In this document: positions 38,963 to 48,601 of the stretch, piece by piece
How positions within the stretch are numbered: the first letter of the stretch is position 1
Layout: every line of letters starts with the position of its first letter
NCBI GenBank assembly: GCA_963705105.1
Contig: CAVPIW010000014.1
Location: 64,001 to 128,000, forward strand
Direction of reading: 5' to 3'
DNA length: 64,000 nucleotides
Origin: an uncultured Nitrospiraceae bacterium
GTDB taxonomy: Bacteria > Nitrospirota > Thermodesulfovibrionia > Thermodesulfovibrionales > Dissulfurispiraceae
The notes under the pieces: model-generated
The model's input: the letters and a program-made list of their open reading frames with translations, nothing else
Told to the model about the DNA's origin: nothing
The model's database searches: none
Position numbers and translations under genes: made by a program

Positions 38963-39107
38963 TCTTGCCGTAAATAATCAAGAAAATGTCCCAGCCCCTA
39001 TACAGTGGGGTGTCTTTTCATATATACTAATCAGTAAGCTTTTGAAGCTTTGCGTCTCCGGGGTCATGAAAAAGCTCTGGGGATTTTTTTTTAGGAGGGT
39101 ACGGACA

Positions 39108-39452
39108 ATGGGAACAAAGATTTACGTGGGCAACATCTCATTCAACGCCTCAGAGGATGATCTCAAAGATCTCTTCTCCCAGTACGGAGATGTTGAATCG
39201 GCGAGAATCATCACCGATGCGCAGACAGGAAGAAACAGGGGGTTTGGATTCGTCGAGATGTCATCGAAGGAAGACGCCCAGAAAGCCATTACAGCACTCA
39301 ATGGATCGGTCTTCATGGAACGGACCCTGACCGTCTCTGAAGCGCGGCCGCAGCAACCCCGGGAAGGAAGGGGCGGTTTTGGCGGCAGGCGCAGTGGTGG
39401 CGGAGGCGGAGGCGGGTTCGGCAGAGGGAGGTCGGAGAGAGGAAGGAGGTAG
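39108..39452 (+). CDS. RRM RNA-binding protein with Gly-rich tail
   Basis: KIYVGNI (RNP2) and RGFGFVEM (RNP1); AGGAGG RBS. Confidence 0.93.
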   Translation: MGTKIYVGNISFNASEDDLKDLFSQYGDVESARIITDAQTGRNRGFGFVEMSSKEDAQKAITALNGSVFMERTLTVSEARPQQPREGRGGFGGRRSGGGGGGGFGRGRSERGRR

Positions 39453-39458
39453 CCATCA

Positions 39459-39650
39459 TTGGAGGTCAAAGTTCAGGGCAATGACGTTGAGAGAGCCCTT
39501 AAATCACTGAAGAACAGGCTTCAGAAGGAAGGGCTCTTCAAGGAGATCAAGAAAAAGAAGTACTATGAGAAGCCTTCTGTCAAGAAGAAACGGAAGAAGG
39601 TTGAAGCGCGCAGAAAGAGGATGAAAGCCCTCCGCTCGAGACCGAGGTAG
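39459..39650 (+). CDS. rpsU: 30S ribosomal protein S21
   Basis: VERALKSLK...YYEKPSVKKKRK; TTG start. Confidence 0.92.
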   Translation: MEVKVQGNDVERALKSLKNRLQKEGLFKEIKKKKYYEKPSVKKKRKKVEARRKRMKALRSRPR

Positions 39651-39764
39651 CTCGGGGTTCCCCTCTTCGCTCTCTCTGAGACACTGACTCCCGTTTGCCG
39701 GCGGCGACTTTTTCGGTTATAGTTGTAATCACGAAAGTACGACTATAAAAGGAGGCGGCCGGTC

Positions 39765-40793
39765 ATGAAAGCAATGGTCTTGGAGAGGCTCCACGATCTC
39801 ACAAGGGAGCGGAATCCGCTGCGACTGGCGGATCTCCCCGTTCCCGAGCCTGCAAAGGGTGAAATTCTTGTAAAAGTGACGGCTTGCGGCGTCTGCCACA
39901 CCGAAATCGACGAGATCGAGGGGAGGACGCCGCCATCGCTGTTTCCCATCGTTCCGGGACACCAGATCGTCGGGACCGTCGAACGTCCCGGGATGCACTC
40001 CGAAAAGTTCAGCATCGGCGACAGGGTAGGCATCGGATGGATCAGTTCGTCCTGCGGCGCCTGTTCTTTCTGCCATGGCGGCGACGAGAACCTCTGCGAG
40101 CATTTCCGGGCCACCGGCAGGGACAGACACGGCGGGTACTGCCAGTACACCACTGTCGACGAAACATTTGCATTCCCGATCCCCCGTGAATTGTCCGACA
40201 GTGAGGCGGCCCCGCTTCTCTGCGCCGGTGCGATCGGTTATCGCTCCCTCAGGCTGTCGGGGCTCCGCGACGGTCTGATCCTCGGCCTCATCGGCTTCGG
40301 CGCCTCTGCTCACATCGTCCTGCACATCGTCAGATATCTCTATCCCAAAGCCTCCGTCTTCGTCTTCGCCCGGTCACCCGGTGAGCGCGCATTCGCCGGG
40401 GAACTCGGCGCATCCTGGACGGGCGACTTTGGGGAAGACCCGCCGGCGAAAATCCACTGTGCCATCGATACGACGCCGGTGTGGATGCCCGTTGTCGAAG
40501 GACTGAAGCACCTGGAAAGGGGAGGCAGGCTCGTCATCAACGCGATCAGAAAGGAAGAGACGGACAAAAAAGCCCTCCTGGACTTGGATTATGCACGGCA
40601 CCTCTGGATGGAGAAGGAGATCAAGAGCGTCGCGAACGTCGCCAGGAGGGATATCGGCGAATTCCTGGATCTTGCGGCAAAGGCCGGGATCAGGCCGGAA
40701 GTGCAGGAGTTCCCCCTCGAAGACGCGAACAGGGCGCTCCTGGAGCTGAAGGAACGCAGGATCAGGGGCGCAAAGGTGCTCAGGATCGAGTGA
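39765..40793 (+). CDS. Zinc-dependent alcohol dehydrogenase family protein
   Basis: CGVCHT, PGHQ, CxxCxxC..C, LLCAG, GFGAS. Confidence 0.92.
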   Translation: MKAMVLERLHDLTRERNPLRLADLPVPEPAKGEILVKVTACGVCHTEIDEIEGRTPPSLFPIVPGHQIVGTVERPGMHSEKFSIGDRVGIGWISSSCGACSFCHGGDENLCEHFRATGRDRHGGYCQYTTVDETFAFPIPRELSDSEAAPLLCAGAIGYRSLRLSGLRDGLILGLIGFGASAHIVLHIVRYLYPKASVFVFARSPGERAFAGELGASWTGDFGEDPPAKIHCAIDTTPVWMPVVEGLKHLERGGRLVINAIRKEETDKKALLDLDYARHLWMEKEIKSVANVARRDIGEFLDLAAKAGIRPEVQEFPLEDANRALLELKERRIRGAKVLRIE

Positions 40794-40806
40794 GAAAGGA
40801 GGGCTC

Positions 40807-42057
40807 ATGAGAAGGTTGCTGATTTGGATGATGGTCCCTGTGGCTGCTTTGTTCCTGGGTGGTGACTGCGCATCGGCCACGGTCTGCGTCGATTGCCATG
40901 CCAAGGTGACGCCCCGCATCGTCGATGATTGGCAGATGAGCAGCCACAGGAGGAGCGCCGTCGACTGCGTCGTCTGTCACGGCGACGACCACCTTACGGA
41001 GCAGGATATCTCCGAAGCAAAGATCCCGACCATCGATATCTGCGCAGCATGCCATGAAAAACAGGTTCTCCAGTTTAAAAGCGGCAAGCATGCCCGCGCC
41101 TGGGCGGCGATGAAGGCGTTGCCGGCGGCTCACTGGCAACCCATGGCGCTCAGGGAAGGAGAAAAGGGATGCGCCGGCTGTCACAGGATCGGCATCAAGC
41201 CGGAAGCGGATATCAGGGCGATGCAGAAAGCCGGGATGGTCTATGGGAGGTCATCCTGCGACTCCTGCCATACGCGACATCTCTTTTCCGTTGAAGAGGC
41301 CCGTCAGCCCCAGTCATGCCAGACCTGCCACAGGGGAGCGGATCACCCCCAATGGGAGATGTACTCCGGTTCCAGGCACGGCGTCCGTTTCCTGCTGAAG
41401 CAAACGGGGACAATTCCCGAAAGGGCGGCCGCACCGACCTGCCGGACCTGTCATATGCATGATGGGGACCATGCCGTCAGGGCGGCCTGGGGCTTTCTCG
41501 GCGTCCGCCTCCCTCTCCCGGAAGACAAACAGTGGGCGGCGGACGGGGCGACGATTCTGCAGGGGCTGGGTGTCCTCGATCGGGAGGGGAAGCCGGCGGC
41601 GCGGCTCGAAGTCGTGAAGTCCGCGGACGTGGCACGCCTATCCCACGAGGAATGGCTGAAGGACCGGGAAAAGATGATACATGCCTGCAGCCAATGCCAT
41701 TCGAAGCATTTTGCCGCAGGTGAACTCGCCAGGGGGGACATGATGATCCGGGAGGCTGACCGGCTCATGGCCGAGGCGATCCGTATCGTCGGCGACCTAT
41801 ACAGGGACGGGATTCTCCGAAAACCGGACAGCTACTCACAGCCCTTCCCCGATCTGCTCGCGTTTCACGATGCGCCGACGACGATCGAACAGAAACTCTT
41901 TCTCATGTTCTACGAACACCGCATGAGGGCCTTCCAGGGGACTTTCCACTCCAATCCAGACTATGCGCTCTGGTACGGCTGGAGCGGTATGCAGCGCGAT
42001 CTCGCGGAGATCAGGGAGCGGGCGGCCGAACTGAGGGAAAAGGCGGCAAAGAAATAG
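40807..42057 (+). CDS. Octaheme cytochrome c, hydroxylamine oxidoreductase-like
   Basis: Signal peptide; 8 CxxCH; CHTRHLFS, GADHPQWEMY, FHSNPDY. Confidence 0.85.
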   Translation: MRRLLIWMMVPVAALFLGGDCASATVCVDCHAKVTPRIVDDWQMSSHRRSAVDCVVCHGDDHLTEQDISEAKIPTIDICAACHEKQVLQFKSGKHARAWAAMKALPAAHWQPMALREGEKGCAGCHRIGIKPEADIRAMQKAGMVYGRSSCDSCHTRHLFSVEEARQPQSCQTCHRGADHPQWEMYSGSRHGVRFLLKQTGTIPERAAAPTCRTCHMHDGDHAVRAAWGFLGVRLPLPEDKQWAADGATILQGLGVLDREGKPAARLEVVKSADVARLSHEEWLKDREKMIHACSQCHSKHFAAGELARGDMMIREADRLMAEAIRIVGDLYRDGILRKPDSYSQPFPDLLAFHDAPTTIEQKLFLMFYEHRMRAFQGTFHSNPDYALWYGWSGMQRDLAEIRERAAELREKAAKK

Positions 42058-42061
42058 GGGT

Positions 42062-42970
42062 TTAAGGCGGGCACTTGCTGCAGACGGAGGTGAACAGGGA
42101 CGTGGAGAGGTAGCGGTCTCCGCGGTCGGGCAGGATGACGACGATGCAGCCTTCCCTGAGTTCGCTCGACTTGCGGATGGCGACGTGCATCGCCGCGCCG
42201 CTCGACATGCCGACGAAGATGCCTTCCTGCAATGCCAGCTTCCGTGTCGTATCGAAGGCCTCGTCGTCGTTGACGATGGCGCGCTCGTCGAGGAGATCGG
42301 GATCGAATATCTTCGGGACGATCGACTCGCTCATGTTTTTCAATCCCTGGATGCGGTGGCCCATGACGGGTTCGACACCGACGATCGTGATGTCCCTGTT
42401 GAACTCCTTGAGCCTCCTTGCCATGCCCATGAGGGTGCCCGTCGTTCCCATCCCTGCAACAAGATGAGTGATCCGGCCCTTTGTCTGCTCGATGATCTCC
42501 CGTCCCGTCGTCTCGTAATGTGCCTGCGCATTGACGACATTGTCGAACTGGTTCGGCATGAAGTAGCGGTCGGGGTCTTCGGCGAGAATGGCGTAAGCCA
42601 GCCGGATGGCGCCGTCTGTCCCCTCGTTCGCCGGGCTCAGGATGAGCTCCGCGCCGAAGGCCTCGAGGACGCGCCGCCGCTCGATGCTGACGCAGGCGGG
42701 CATGGTCAGTTTCACGCGGTACCGTTTCGCCGAGGCGACCATGGCGAGGCCTATCCCCGTATTGCCGGACGTCGCCTCGAGGATGATCTTGTCCCTCGTG
42801 AGTTTCCCCTCTTTTTCAGCTGCCTCGATCATGAAGAGGGCGATCCGGTCCTTGATGGATCCGCCGGGGTTGTTCCCCTCGAGTTTTGCGTATAGCCTGA
42901 CCTTCGGATTGGGATTGATGCTCTCGATCGAAACGATGGGCGTGTTGCCTATGCATTCAATGATGCTCAT
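42062..42970 (-). CDS. cysM: Cysteine synthase B-like
   Basis: AKLEGNNPGGSIKDR, TSGNTG, GMGTTGT. Confidence 0.88.
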   Translation of the reverse strand: MSIIECIGNTPIVSIESINPNPKVRLYAKLEGNNPGGSIKDRIALFMIEAAEKEGKLTRDKIILEATSGNTGIGLAMVASAKRYRVKLTMPACVSIERRRVLEAFGAELILSPANEGTDGAIRLAYAILAEDPDRYFMPNQFDNVVNAQAHYETTGREIIEQTKGRITHLVAGMGTTGTLMGMARRLKEFNRDITIVGVEPVMGHRIQGLKNMSESIVPKIFDPDLLDERAIVNDDEAFDTTRKLALQEGIFVGMSSGAAMHVAIRKSSELREGCIVVILPDRGDRYLSTSLFTSVCSKCPP

Positions 42971-42987
42971 GCTCTATTATACCTTAT

Positions 42988-43246
42988 CGTTGCAATAGGT
43001 CTCCGTAAAGGCGGGGTGTATGCGCCGAAAACCTTGCTGCGGCGACACCAGTATCAAAAGGAAAGATGAACTGTAAGCCAATGGTCGATGATACAAAGAG
43101 TAGAATCCTGTAGGGGCCGTTCCCCGAACGGCCCGACATCGATGACGCTATTTCAGGCCGACGGCTGAAAAAGGTGAACTTTTTACTGACACTCACACTG
43201 TCACTGACACTGTATTTGAGGCGCTTCGCCCCGCCCTCTTATGCAC
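42988..43246 (+). repeat. Repeat family A copy
   Basis: Near-colinear with 15701-15963. Confidence 0.85.
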
Positions 43247-43291
43247 TGGAAGATTGTCACCCTTCGGGAAGCAACGGGGTATCAAAACAGA

Positions 43292-43858
43292 CTATATTTT
43301 TTTGAAAAAGATCAGCCAGACCAGCAGCAGAATGAAGAAGACAAAGGAGATCGCCTCTCCCGCGACGATGAAAAAGACGATCCTCCTGCCCGACGGGCTC
43401 ATCTTCAGCCACATTCTGTCAAGGAACCATTTCCACAGCCGGCTCCGGAGGCTGTTCTTACTCGATGTCACGATGTAATCGCCGGCACTCTTCAACCAGA
43501 GATTGATCTCCCTCTTGTCTTCAGGAGTCGGTTCCCGGTTTCCGTCTTCCGTATAATTCAGAACCGATCCTTCTGCCGAGGACAGGATCTCCATCGTGAT
43601 AATCCTCATCGTTTCAGCTTCGAGGCGGACGGTGACCACCCCGTCCTGTTCCCGGTGCCCGACTGTTCCGTTATAAGTGACCTCCTCCTCGGAACGGTCA
43701 TACTTCACCTTAAGCGCAAAGGCGCCCGTCTCCGCAGTGCGTGCAAATTCGAGGACGGCCCACTGGGGATTGAGCCTGAACCACGTGTCGAGGTCATGGA
43801 AAAAAGCAAAGACCTGCTCCCGCGGAAGAGGCAGGTAGAGATGACAGGAATAGCCCAT
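43292..43858 (-). CDS. Hypothetical SRPBCC-like protein with C-terminal TM helix
   Basis: LPLPREQVFAFFHD...RLNP; hydrophobic C-terminus. Confidence 0.65.
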   Translation of the reverse strand: MGYSCHLYLPLPREQVFAFFHDLDTWFRLNPQWAVLEFARTAETGAFALKVKYDRSEEEVTYNGTVGHREQDGVVTVRLEAETMRIITMEILSSAEGSVLNYTEDGNREPTPEDKREINLWLKSAGDYIVTSSKNSLRSRLWKWFLDRMWLKMSPSGRRIVFFIVAGEAISFVFFILLLVWLIFFKKI

Positions 43859-44310
43859 CAGGGCCTGACGAACAGGACGGGCACGGTGATACGCCTGAAA
43901 ACCTTCTCGGGCAGATTGACGGACTCGAAGCGCTCTCTCCAGGACTTCAGCACTTTCGATCCGAGGATGACGATGTCATAACCGCCGTCAGCGGCCACGT
44001 CCGCGATGACCTCCTCGGGGGCGCCGTGGCGCATCTCTGTCACGACGCGGACATCGCGGCGGGAGGCCTTTTCGGTGAAACGGCCAAGCGCCTCCTCGCC
44101 CTCGCGCCTGAGGGAACTTTCGAGGTGCTCCCGGCACTCATCGCGGTTGACCGCATAGATCTCGTTGGTGAATTTCTTGAGGAACGGGTCGATGACATAG
44201 AGGGCGGTGAGTCCGGCGCCGCAGCAGAGCGCGAGGGTGAGAGCATATTCCTCGGCCCTGGCGGTATGCGGTTCGCCGTCTGTGCAGAGAAGGATCTTCC
44301 GGATGTCCAT
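43858..44310 (-). CDS. Universal stress protein
   Basis: KILLCTDG...GAPEEVI...DIVILGS...VPVLFV. Confidence 0.88.
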   Translation of the reverse strand: MDIRKILLCTDGEPHTARAEEYALTLALCCGAGLTALYVIDPFLKKFTNEIYAVNRDECREHLESSLRREGEEALGRFTEKASRRDVRVVTEMRHGAPEEVIADVAADGGYDIVILGSKVLKSWRERFESVNLPEKVFRRITVPVLFVRP

Positions 44311-44328
44311 AGTCTAATAAGACCTTCC

Positions 44329-44513
44329 CGTTGCGTGAAAAGGCGGGACAAAGTGCCTCAAAGCCTTGCTAATAGCGAGCATGATCATTTGAAATGGGAC
44401 ATTGGGTATTTCACCCTCTGTGTCATCAACCGTCGGCCTTACATGATCCGCATGGGAAGGCAAAGGTTTCGCAGCACCAAGGCTTTTCGGCATCTTCGCC
44501 CCGCCTTTCCGGA
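44329..44513 (-). repeat. Repeat family A variant
   Basis: CGTTGCGTGAAAAGGCGGG...CCCCGCCTTTCC. Confidence 0.75.
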
Positions 44514-44532
44514 TGTCCATCACTAATAATAC

Positions 44533-44570
44533 AAAAAGGGGGCGCCTTGATGAAACCCGCGCCCCCTTCG
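44533..44570 (-). terminator. Terminator after the YeiH gene
   Basis: AAGGGGGCGC...GCGCCCCCTTTTT on the minus strand. Confidence 0.6.
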
Positions 44571-44582
44571 CTGTGCCGATGA

Positions 44583-45905
44583 TTACTTAACTTTGAAGAC
44601 TTCTTCGCCGATGGCCATGATGACGGCTGCCGAGAGGACCGCCTTCATGATCGCCGATATGAATCCTATCATGAAGGCCTTTCCGCCGGCCTTCTTTAGG
44701 TCGTCAAAGGCTATGTTCAGTCCGACGCCCGCGAAGCCGATGGCGAAAAAGATCTTCAGGAGGTCTTTCCCGAGGATATCTGCATGGGCCTTGGAGAAGA
44801 CGCCGAGCTCATTCAGCGTGACCATAGCGAAGAACCCGAGGATGAAGATGGGGAATTTCTCCCTGATCACCTGGAGGGCGTTGATCTTCTGGGTCTGCTC
44901 ACCGGCGGCCGCAGCCGGCTTCACCACGTAGAAATATATTGCCCAGATCACGATGATGGGGATGAAGCCCACCCGCACGATGTTGATGATGTTCGCCGTC
45001 AGCAGCGACTCATGACCGTACCACGTGGCTGCTGCGACGAGCTGCGCCGTATTGAGGATGGCCGTGCCGCACCATGCCCCGAATACGGGCTGGCTCATGC
45101 CGAGGGCCTTTCCGATATAAGGGAATGTGAAGAGGCAGAGCGTGCCGAAGAGGAGGATCGTGCCGATGGCATAGAAGAAGTCTCTCGGCTTCGCATTGAC
45201 CACGGGAGCGGCGGCGACGGCGGCGGAAACGCCGCAGACACCGACACCGGCGCCCATGACTCCCGCAAGGCCCTCATCGACTTTCGCCCTCCTGCCCCAG
45301 AACGAGATGAGGACCTGGGTGCCGAGAACGAAGGCGACGACGAGAATAAGACCGATGACGCCGACCTTGAGCACGTTCGACCACATGTAGTAAGCGCCGA
45401 GGATGACGATGCCCGGTTTGATGATGGGACGCGCCGCGATCGTCCCTGCCTGGAAGATTTTGGGGATGCCGATGGTGTTTCTCACCAGCATGCCGCCCAG
45501 CAGGAGCATCGCCACATAGGTGAGCTGGAACTGGTTCACCCGTTCGCCGAAGGTGAACCAGAAGGGCACCTCCTTCTGCTGGTACACCACATTGTACTCG
45601 TCCTTTTTCAGGGCATAGGGCTTCTTCGGTTTCTCCTTTTCAAGCCCCAGCTCGAAGAGCGTCAGGGAGCCCTTGTAGGCGTCTTCCTTGAGCTTCATGT
45701 ATTCGTCATAGGGGACGATAGGCTTCGCCAGTTCCTTATAGGGTTTAAGGATCGTTGTCGCCTCTTTGTATCCCACCTGGTTTGCATGCATGGTCTGGTC
45801 CCACTGGAGGGCCAGCCACCCGAGAATCATACAAAGGATAAGCCCCGGGAGCATCTTGGGCAAACCCTTGAGACTGTAATCTACACCTATTCCGCCGCCG
45901 GCCAT
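44583..45905 (-). CDS. YeiH / putative sulfate exporter family membrane protein
   Basis: GVGVCGVSAAVAAAPVV motif; multiple TM helices. Confidence 0.88.
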   Translation of the reverse strand: MAGGGIGVDYSLKGLPKMLPGLILCMILGWLALQWDQTMHANQVGYKEATTILKPYKELAKPIVPYDEYMKLKEDAYKGSLTLFELGLEKEKPKKPYALKKDEYNVVYQQKEVPFWFTFGERVNQFQLTYVAMLLLGGMLVRNTIGIPKIFQAGTIAARPIIKPGIVILGAYYMWSNVLKVGVIGLILVVAFVLGTQVLISFWGRRAKVDEGLAGVMGAGVGVCGVSAAVAAAPVVNAKPRDFFYAIGTILLFGTLCLFTFPYIGKALGMSQPVFGAWCGTAILNTAQLVAAATWYGHESLLTANIINIVRVGFIPIIVIWAIYFYVVKPAAAAGEQTQKINALQVIREKFPIFILGFFAMVTLNELGVFSKAHADILGKDLLKIFFAIGFAGVGLNIAFDDLKKAGGKAFMIGFISAIMKAVLSAAVIMAIGEEVFKVK

Positions 45906-45925
45906 GTCAAACCCCCTTTGTATCT

Positions 45926-46084
45926 CTAAAAGAAAAGCGCCTTGTAGAATTTGGGACCGATGATCCCGCTCAGCACGAGGATGACGGTGATCGTCGAGAT
46001 GATGAGTACGACGACGTCCTCTTTCCGCTCAGCAGAAAAGGTCTTCTCCGCCCGTTCCTGCCATTCCCTGTTCTCTTCCGCCAT
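45926..46084 (-). CDS. 52-aa small membrane protein (below ORF-track cutoff)
   Basis: AGGAGG RBS; MAEENREWQERAEKTFSAERKEDVVVLIISTITVILVLSGIIGPKFYKALFF. Confidence 0.75.
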   Translation of the reverse strand: MAEENREWQERAEKTFSAERKEDVVVLIISTITVILVLSGIIGPKFYKALFF

Positions 46085-46150
46085 GATCTTCCTCCTTTTA
46101 TCGGATGACGGGGCAGGTCAGTCCCGCCCCGTCATAAATAAGCCGTTCTA

Positions 46151-46630
46151 TTACTGGGTCGGGAATTTGTTTGTCTTCCACTCAGGGATACCGTCCCTGT
46201 ACCAGTAGAGATTCTTGTAGCCGAGGTGCTGCAGCATCAGGGCCGTCGCCGGTGACCTCCAGCAAAGCACGCCGTTGCAGTAAAGCACGATTGTGTCCTC
46301 TTTCTTATACTGGCTTGCCAGACTCTCATCGGCGAGGAGATGATCCGCCAGGAGCCACTTGGCGCCGACGATGCGCTCCTGCTCATACTGCTCTTTCACC
46401 CTGTTGTCGAGGAGCACGAAACTCTTCTTCGTGTCCATCCACTTCTTCAGTTCCTTGCCGGTGATGACCTTGACGCCGGGGATGGACGTGGGGAGCTCCT
46501 TCTTGGCTGCGGCCATGTCCTTCCATTCCTTGATCTTGTCGATAACTGCCGGGGGCCACGCGGCATAGGCCGACAGGACCAAACCGAGCACGAACAAACC
46601 TGTGATGCTAAGCGTGATAATCCTTTTCAT
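46151..46630 (-). CDS. Periplasmic rhodanese-like sulfurtransferase
   Basis: Signal peptide; LLDNR, IVLYCNGVLCWRS, YRDGIPEW. Confidence 0.88.
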   Translation of the reverse strand: MKRIITLSITGLFVLGLVLSAYAAWPPAVIDKIKEWKDMAAAKKELPTSIPGVKVITGKELKKWMDTKKSFVLLDNRVKEQYEQERIVGAKWLLADHLLADESLASQYKKEDTIVLYCNGVLCWRSPATALMLQHLGYKNLYWYRDGIPEWKTNKFPTQ

Positions 46631-46654
46631 TTTCTCCTCCTGATTCATGTTTTT

Positions 46655-47074
46655 CTATTTCACCACCACGACCGGACAACTTGCCCATTCGACAAGCCGC
46701 GACGTGACGCTTCCCATGACAAGCTTCTTCGCCCCGTGCTTCCCGTGGGAGGCGACGATGATCTCATCGACCTTTTCCCGCTTCGCTATTTCGAGGATCG
46801 TTTCGGCCGGGGTCCCCGTCTCGATGAACCCCTTCGCTTCGAGACCGGCAGCCTTGAATTTGTCCAGTGCTGCAGCCATAATGCCCCTTGCCTCCTTCAT
46901 GACAAGGTCGGTGATCGTCGAGCAGTCGACCTCGCTGAGTCCTATGGGACACCAGTCTTCGGCGACATTGACGACGACGATCTCAGCCCCATCCCTCTCT
47001 GCCGTTTCGATGGCCCTGGCTACGGCCTTGTCGGCATCCGCCGATCCGTCTGTTGCCACCAGAATCTTCTTCAT
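46655..47074 (-). CDS. Universal stress protein
   Basis: KKILVATDGS...MGSVTSRLV...CPVVVVK. Confidence 0.92.
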   Translation of the reverse strand: MKKILVATDGSADADKAVARAIETAERDGAEIVVVNVAEDWCPIGLSEVDCSTITDLVMKEARGIMAAALDKFKAAGLEAKGFIETGTPAETILEIAKREKVDEIIVASHGKHGAKKLVMGSVTSRLVEWASCPVVVVK

Positions 47075-47119
47075 CCAATCCTCCTGTGCCGTGAAATCGG
47101 GACTAACGGATTTCTTAAA

Positions 47120-47136
47120 AGCAATGGCTGTGCCAA
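47120..47136 (-). promoter_or_regulatory. Sigma54 (-24/-12) promoter
   Basis: TTGGCACAGCCATTGCT matches TGGCAC-N5-TTGC. Confidence 0.85.
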
Positions 47137-47187
47137 AAAGAAGAGGGTAGTATTATCAGATAGTTGGATGGGGCTGCTGATCATTGT

Positions 47188-47236
47188 GTTCCCGGCAGGG
47201 AACGGGGGCAAGGCCGGAATGTTCCCGAGCGGGAAC
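47188..47236. promoter_or_regulatory. Tandem enhancer (UAS) sites GTTCCC-N4-GGGAAC
   Basis: Perfect palindromes at 47188-47203 and 47221-47236, 33 bp apart. Confidence 0.75.
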
Positions 47237-48601
47237 TTACTCGATCCCGTACTCCTTAAGTTTCTTCCAGAGCACTTTTCTGCTTATGCCGAGCATGCGG
47301 GCGGCTTCGAGCTTCCTCCCCCCTGTTTCGTCGAGCGCCTTCATGATCCGCTGCTTTTCGAAGCACCGGATGCTCGATTCGAGGGGAAGGTCCCCGGCAA
47401 GACAGGGGCCGGCGGTGGTAGTCTCAACAGACTTTCCTATCTCGTCGGGAAGGTGTGACGGGTCGATGACGCCGTCTTTGCAGAAGATGACGGCCCGCTC
47501 AATGGCATGCTTCAGTTCCCGCACATTGCCGGGGTAGACGTAGGAGAGGAGCGCGTCGTAGGCGTTCTTCGATACGGTGATCCCGCCCTTGCGGAACTTC
47601 TCCCCGAAGAATTTCAGGAAGTGGTCGATGAAATAGGGGATGTCTTCCCTGCGCTCCCGGAGGGGAGGCAGGACGATGGGGACGATGTTGATGCGGTAAA
47701 AGAGATCGCTGCGGAATGTGCCCGCCTCCACGCACTCCTTGAGGTTCTTGCTCGTCGCATAGATGCCCCGGACATCAACCCTGACGGTGACGTTGCTCCC
47801 AAGGCGGGTTATCGCCTGGTCCTCGATCACACGGAGCAGTTTCGGCTGGAGAGACAGGGGGATGTCAGCGATCTCGTCGAAGAAGATGCTGCCTTCGTCG
47901 GCAAACTCAAACTTGCCTTTTCTCGACTCTGTCGCCCCCGTGAAGGCGCCCTTTTCCGACCCGAAGAGCTCCGATTCGAAGAGGTTCTCGGGGATGGCTG
48001 CACAGTTGATCTTGACGAACTGCTTTCCGCTCCTGCCGCTTAGCCCGTGGATGGCGTTGGCGACGAGCTCCTTTCCCGTGCCGCTTTCGCCGAGGATCAG
48101 GACGGGCACGTCCGTCCCGGCAACAGCCGCGATGCGGTCGAAGACGTCCATGATCGTCGGGCTGACGCCGATCATGTTCTGGAACCCCCGTGTCTCCTTC
48201 AGGGTTTCCCGCAGATAGGCGACCTCGTCTTCGAGCTTCTGGAACTTGAAGAACCGTTCGACGGAGATCAGGAGCTCCTCGTTGGTGAACGGCTTGGCCA
48301 GGTAATCGAAGGCGCCGTCCCTGATCGCCTCGACAGCGCCCCTGATATCGGCGTATCCCGTGATGATGATGACGCCGCTTTTTGCCGCCGTTTCACGTGC
48401 TTTCTTCAGGATCTCTATGCCGTCCCGGTACGGCAGCCGCAGGTCGGTGATAATCAGGTCGAACATGCCCGTCTCGACCTGCCTCATCCCCTCGTTGCCA
48501 TCGACGGCAAGGGTGACGTCAAAACCCTCGGAGATGAGAAAATGCCTCATCCCCACCCTCATGATGGGGTCGTCTTCGACGATGAGAATCTTCCTCTTCA
48601 T
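47237..48601 (-). CDS. Sigma54-dependent response regulator (NtrC family)
   Basis: REC domain, GESGTGKE, GAFTGA, C-terminal HTH. Confidence 0.95.
   Translation of the reverse strand: MKRKILIVEDDPIMRVGMRHFLISEGFDVTLAVDGNEGMRQVETGMFDLIITDLRLPYRDGIEILKKARETAAKSGVIIITGYADIRGAVEAIRDGAFDYLAKPFTNEELLISVERFFKFQKLEDEVAYLRETLKETRGFQNMIGVSPTIMDVFDRIAAVAGTDVPVLILGESGTGKELVANAIHGLSGRSGKQFVKINCAAIPENLFESELFGSEKGAFTGATESRKGKFEFADEGSIFFDEIADIPLSLQPKLLRVIEDQAITRLGSNVTVRVDVRGIYATSKNLKECVEAGTFRSDLFYRINIVPIVLPPLRERREDIPYFIDHFLKFFGEKFRKGGITVSKNAYDALLSYVYPGNVRELKHAIERAVIFCKDGVIDPSHLPDEIGKSVETTTAGPCLAGDLPLESSIRCFEKQRIMKALDETGGRKLEAARMLGISRKVLWKKLKEYGIE

Noticed and set aside
42984..43196. Recurrent small ORFs such as MSVSKKFTFFSRRPEIASS (also near 52907 and 58717)
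   Set aside because: Translations of repeat family A, with inconsistent starts and frames between copies
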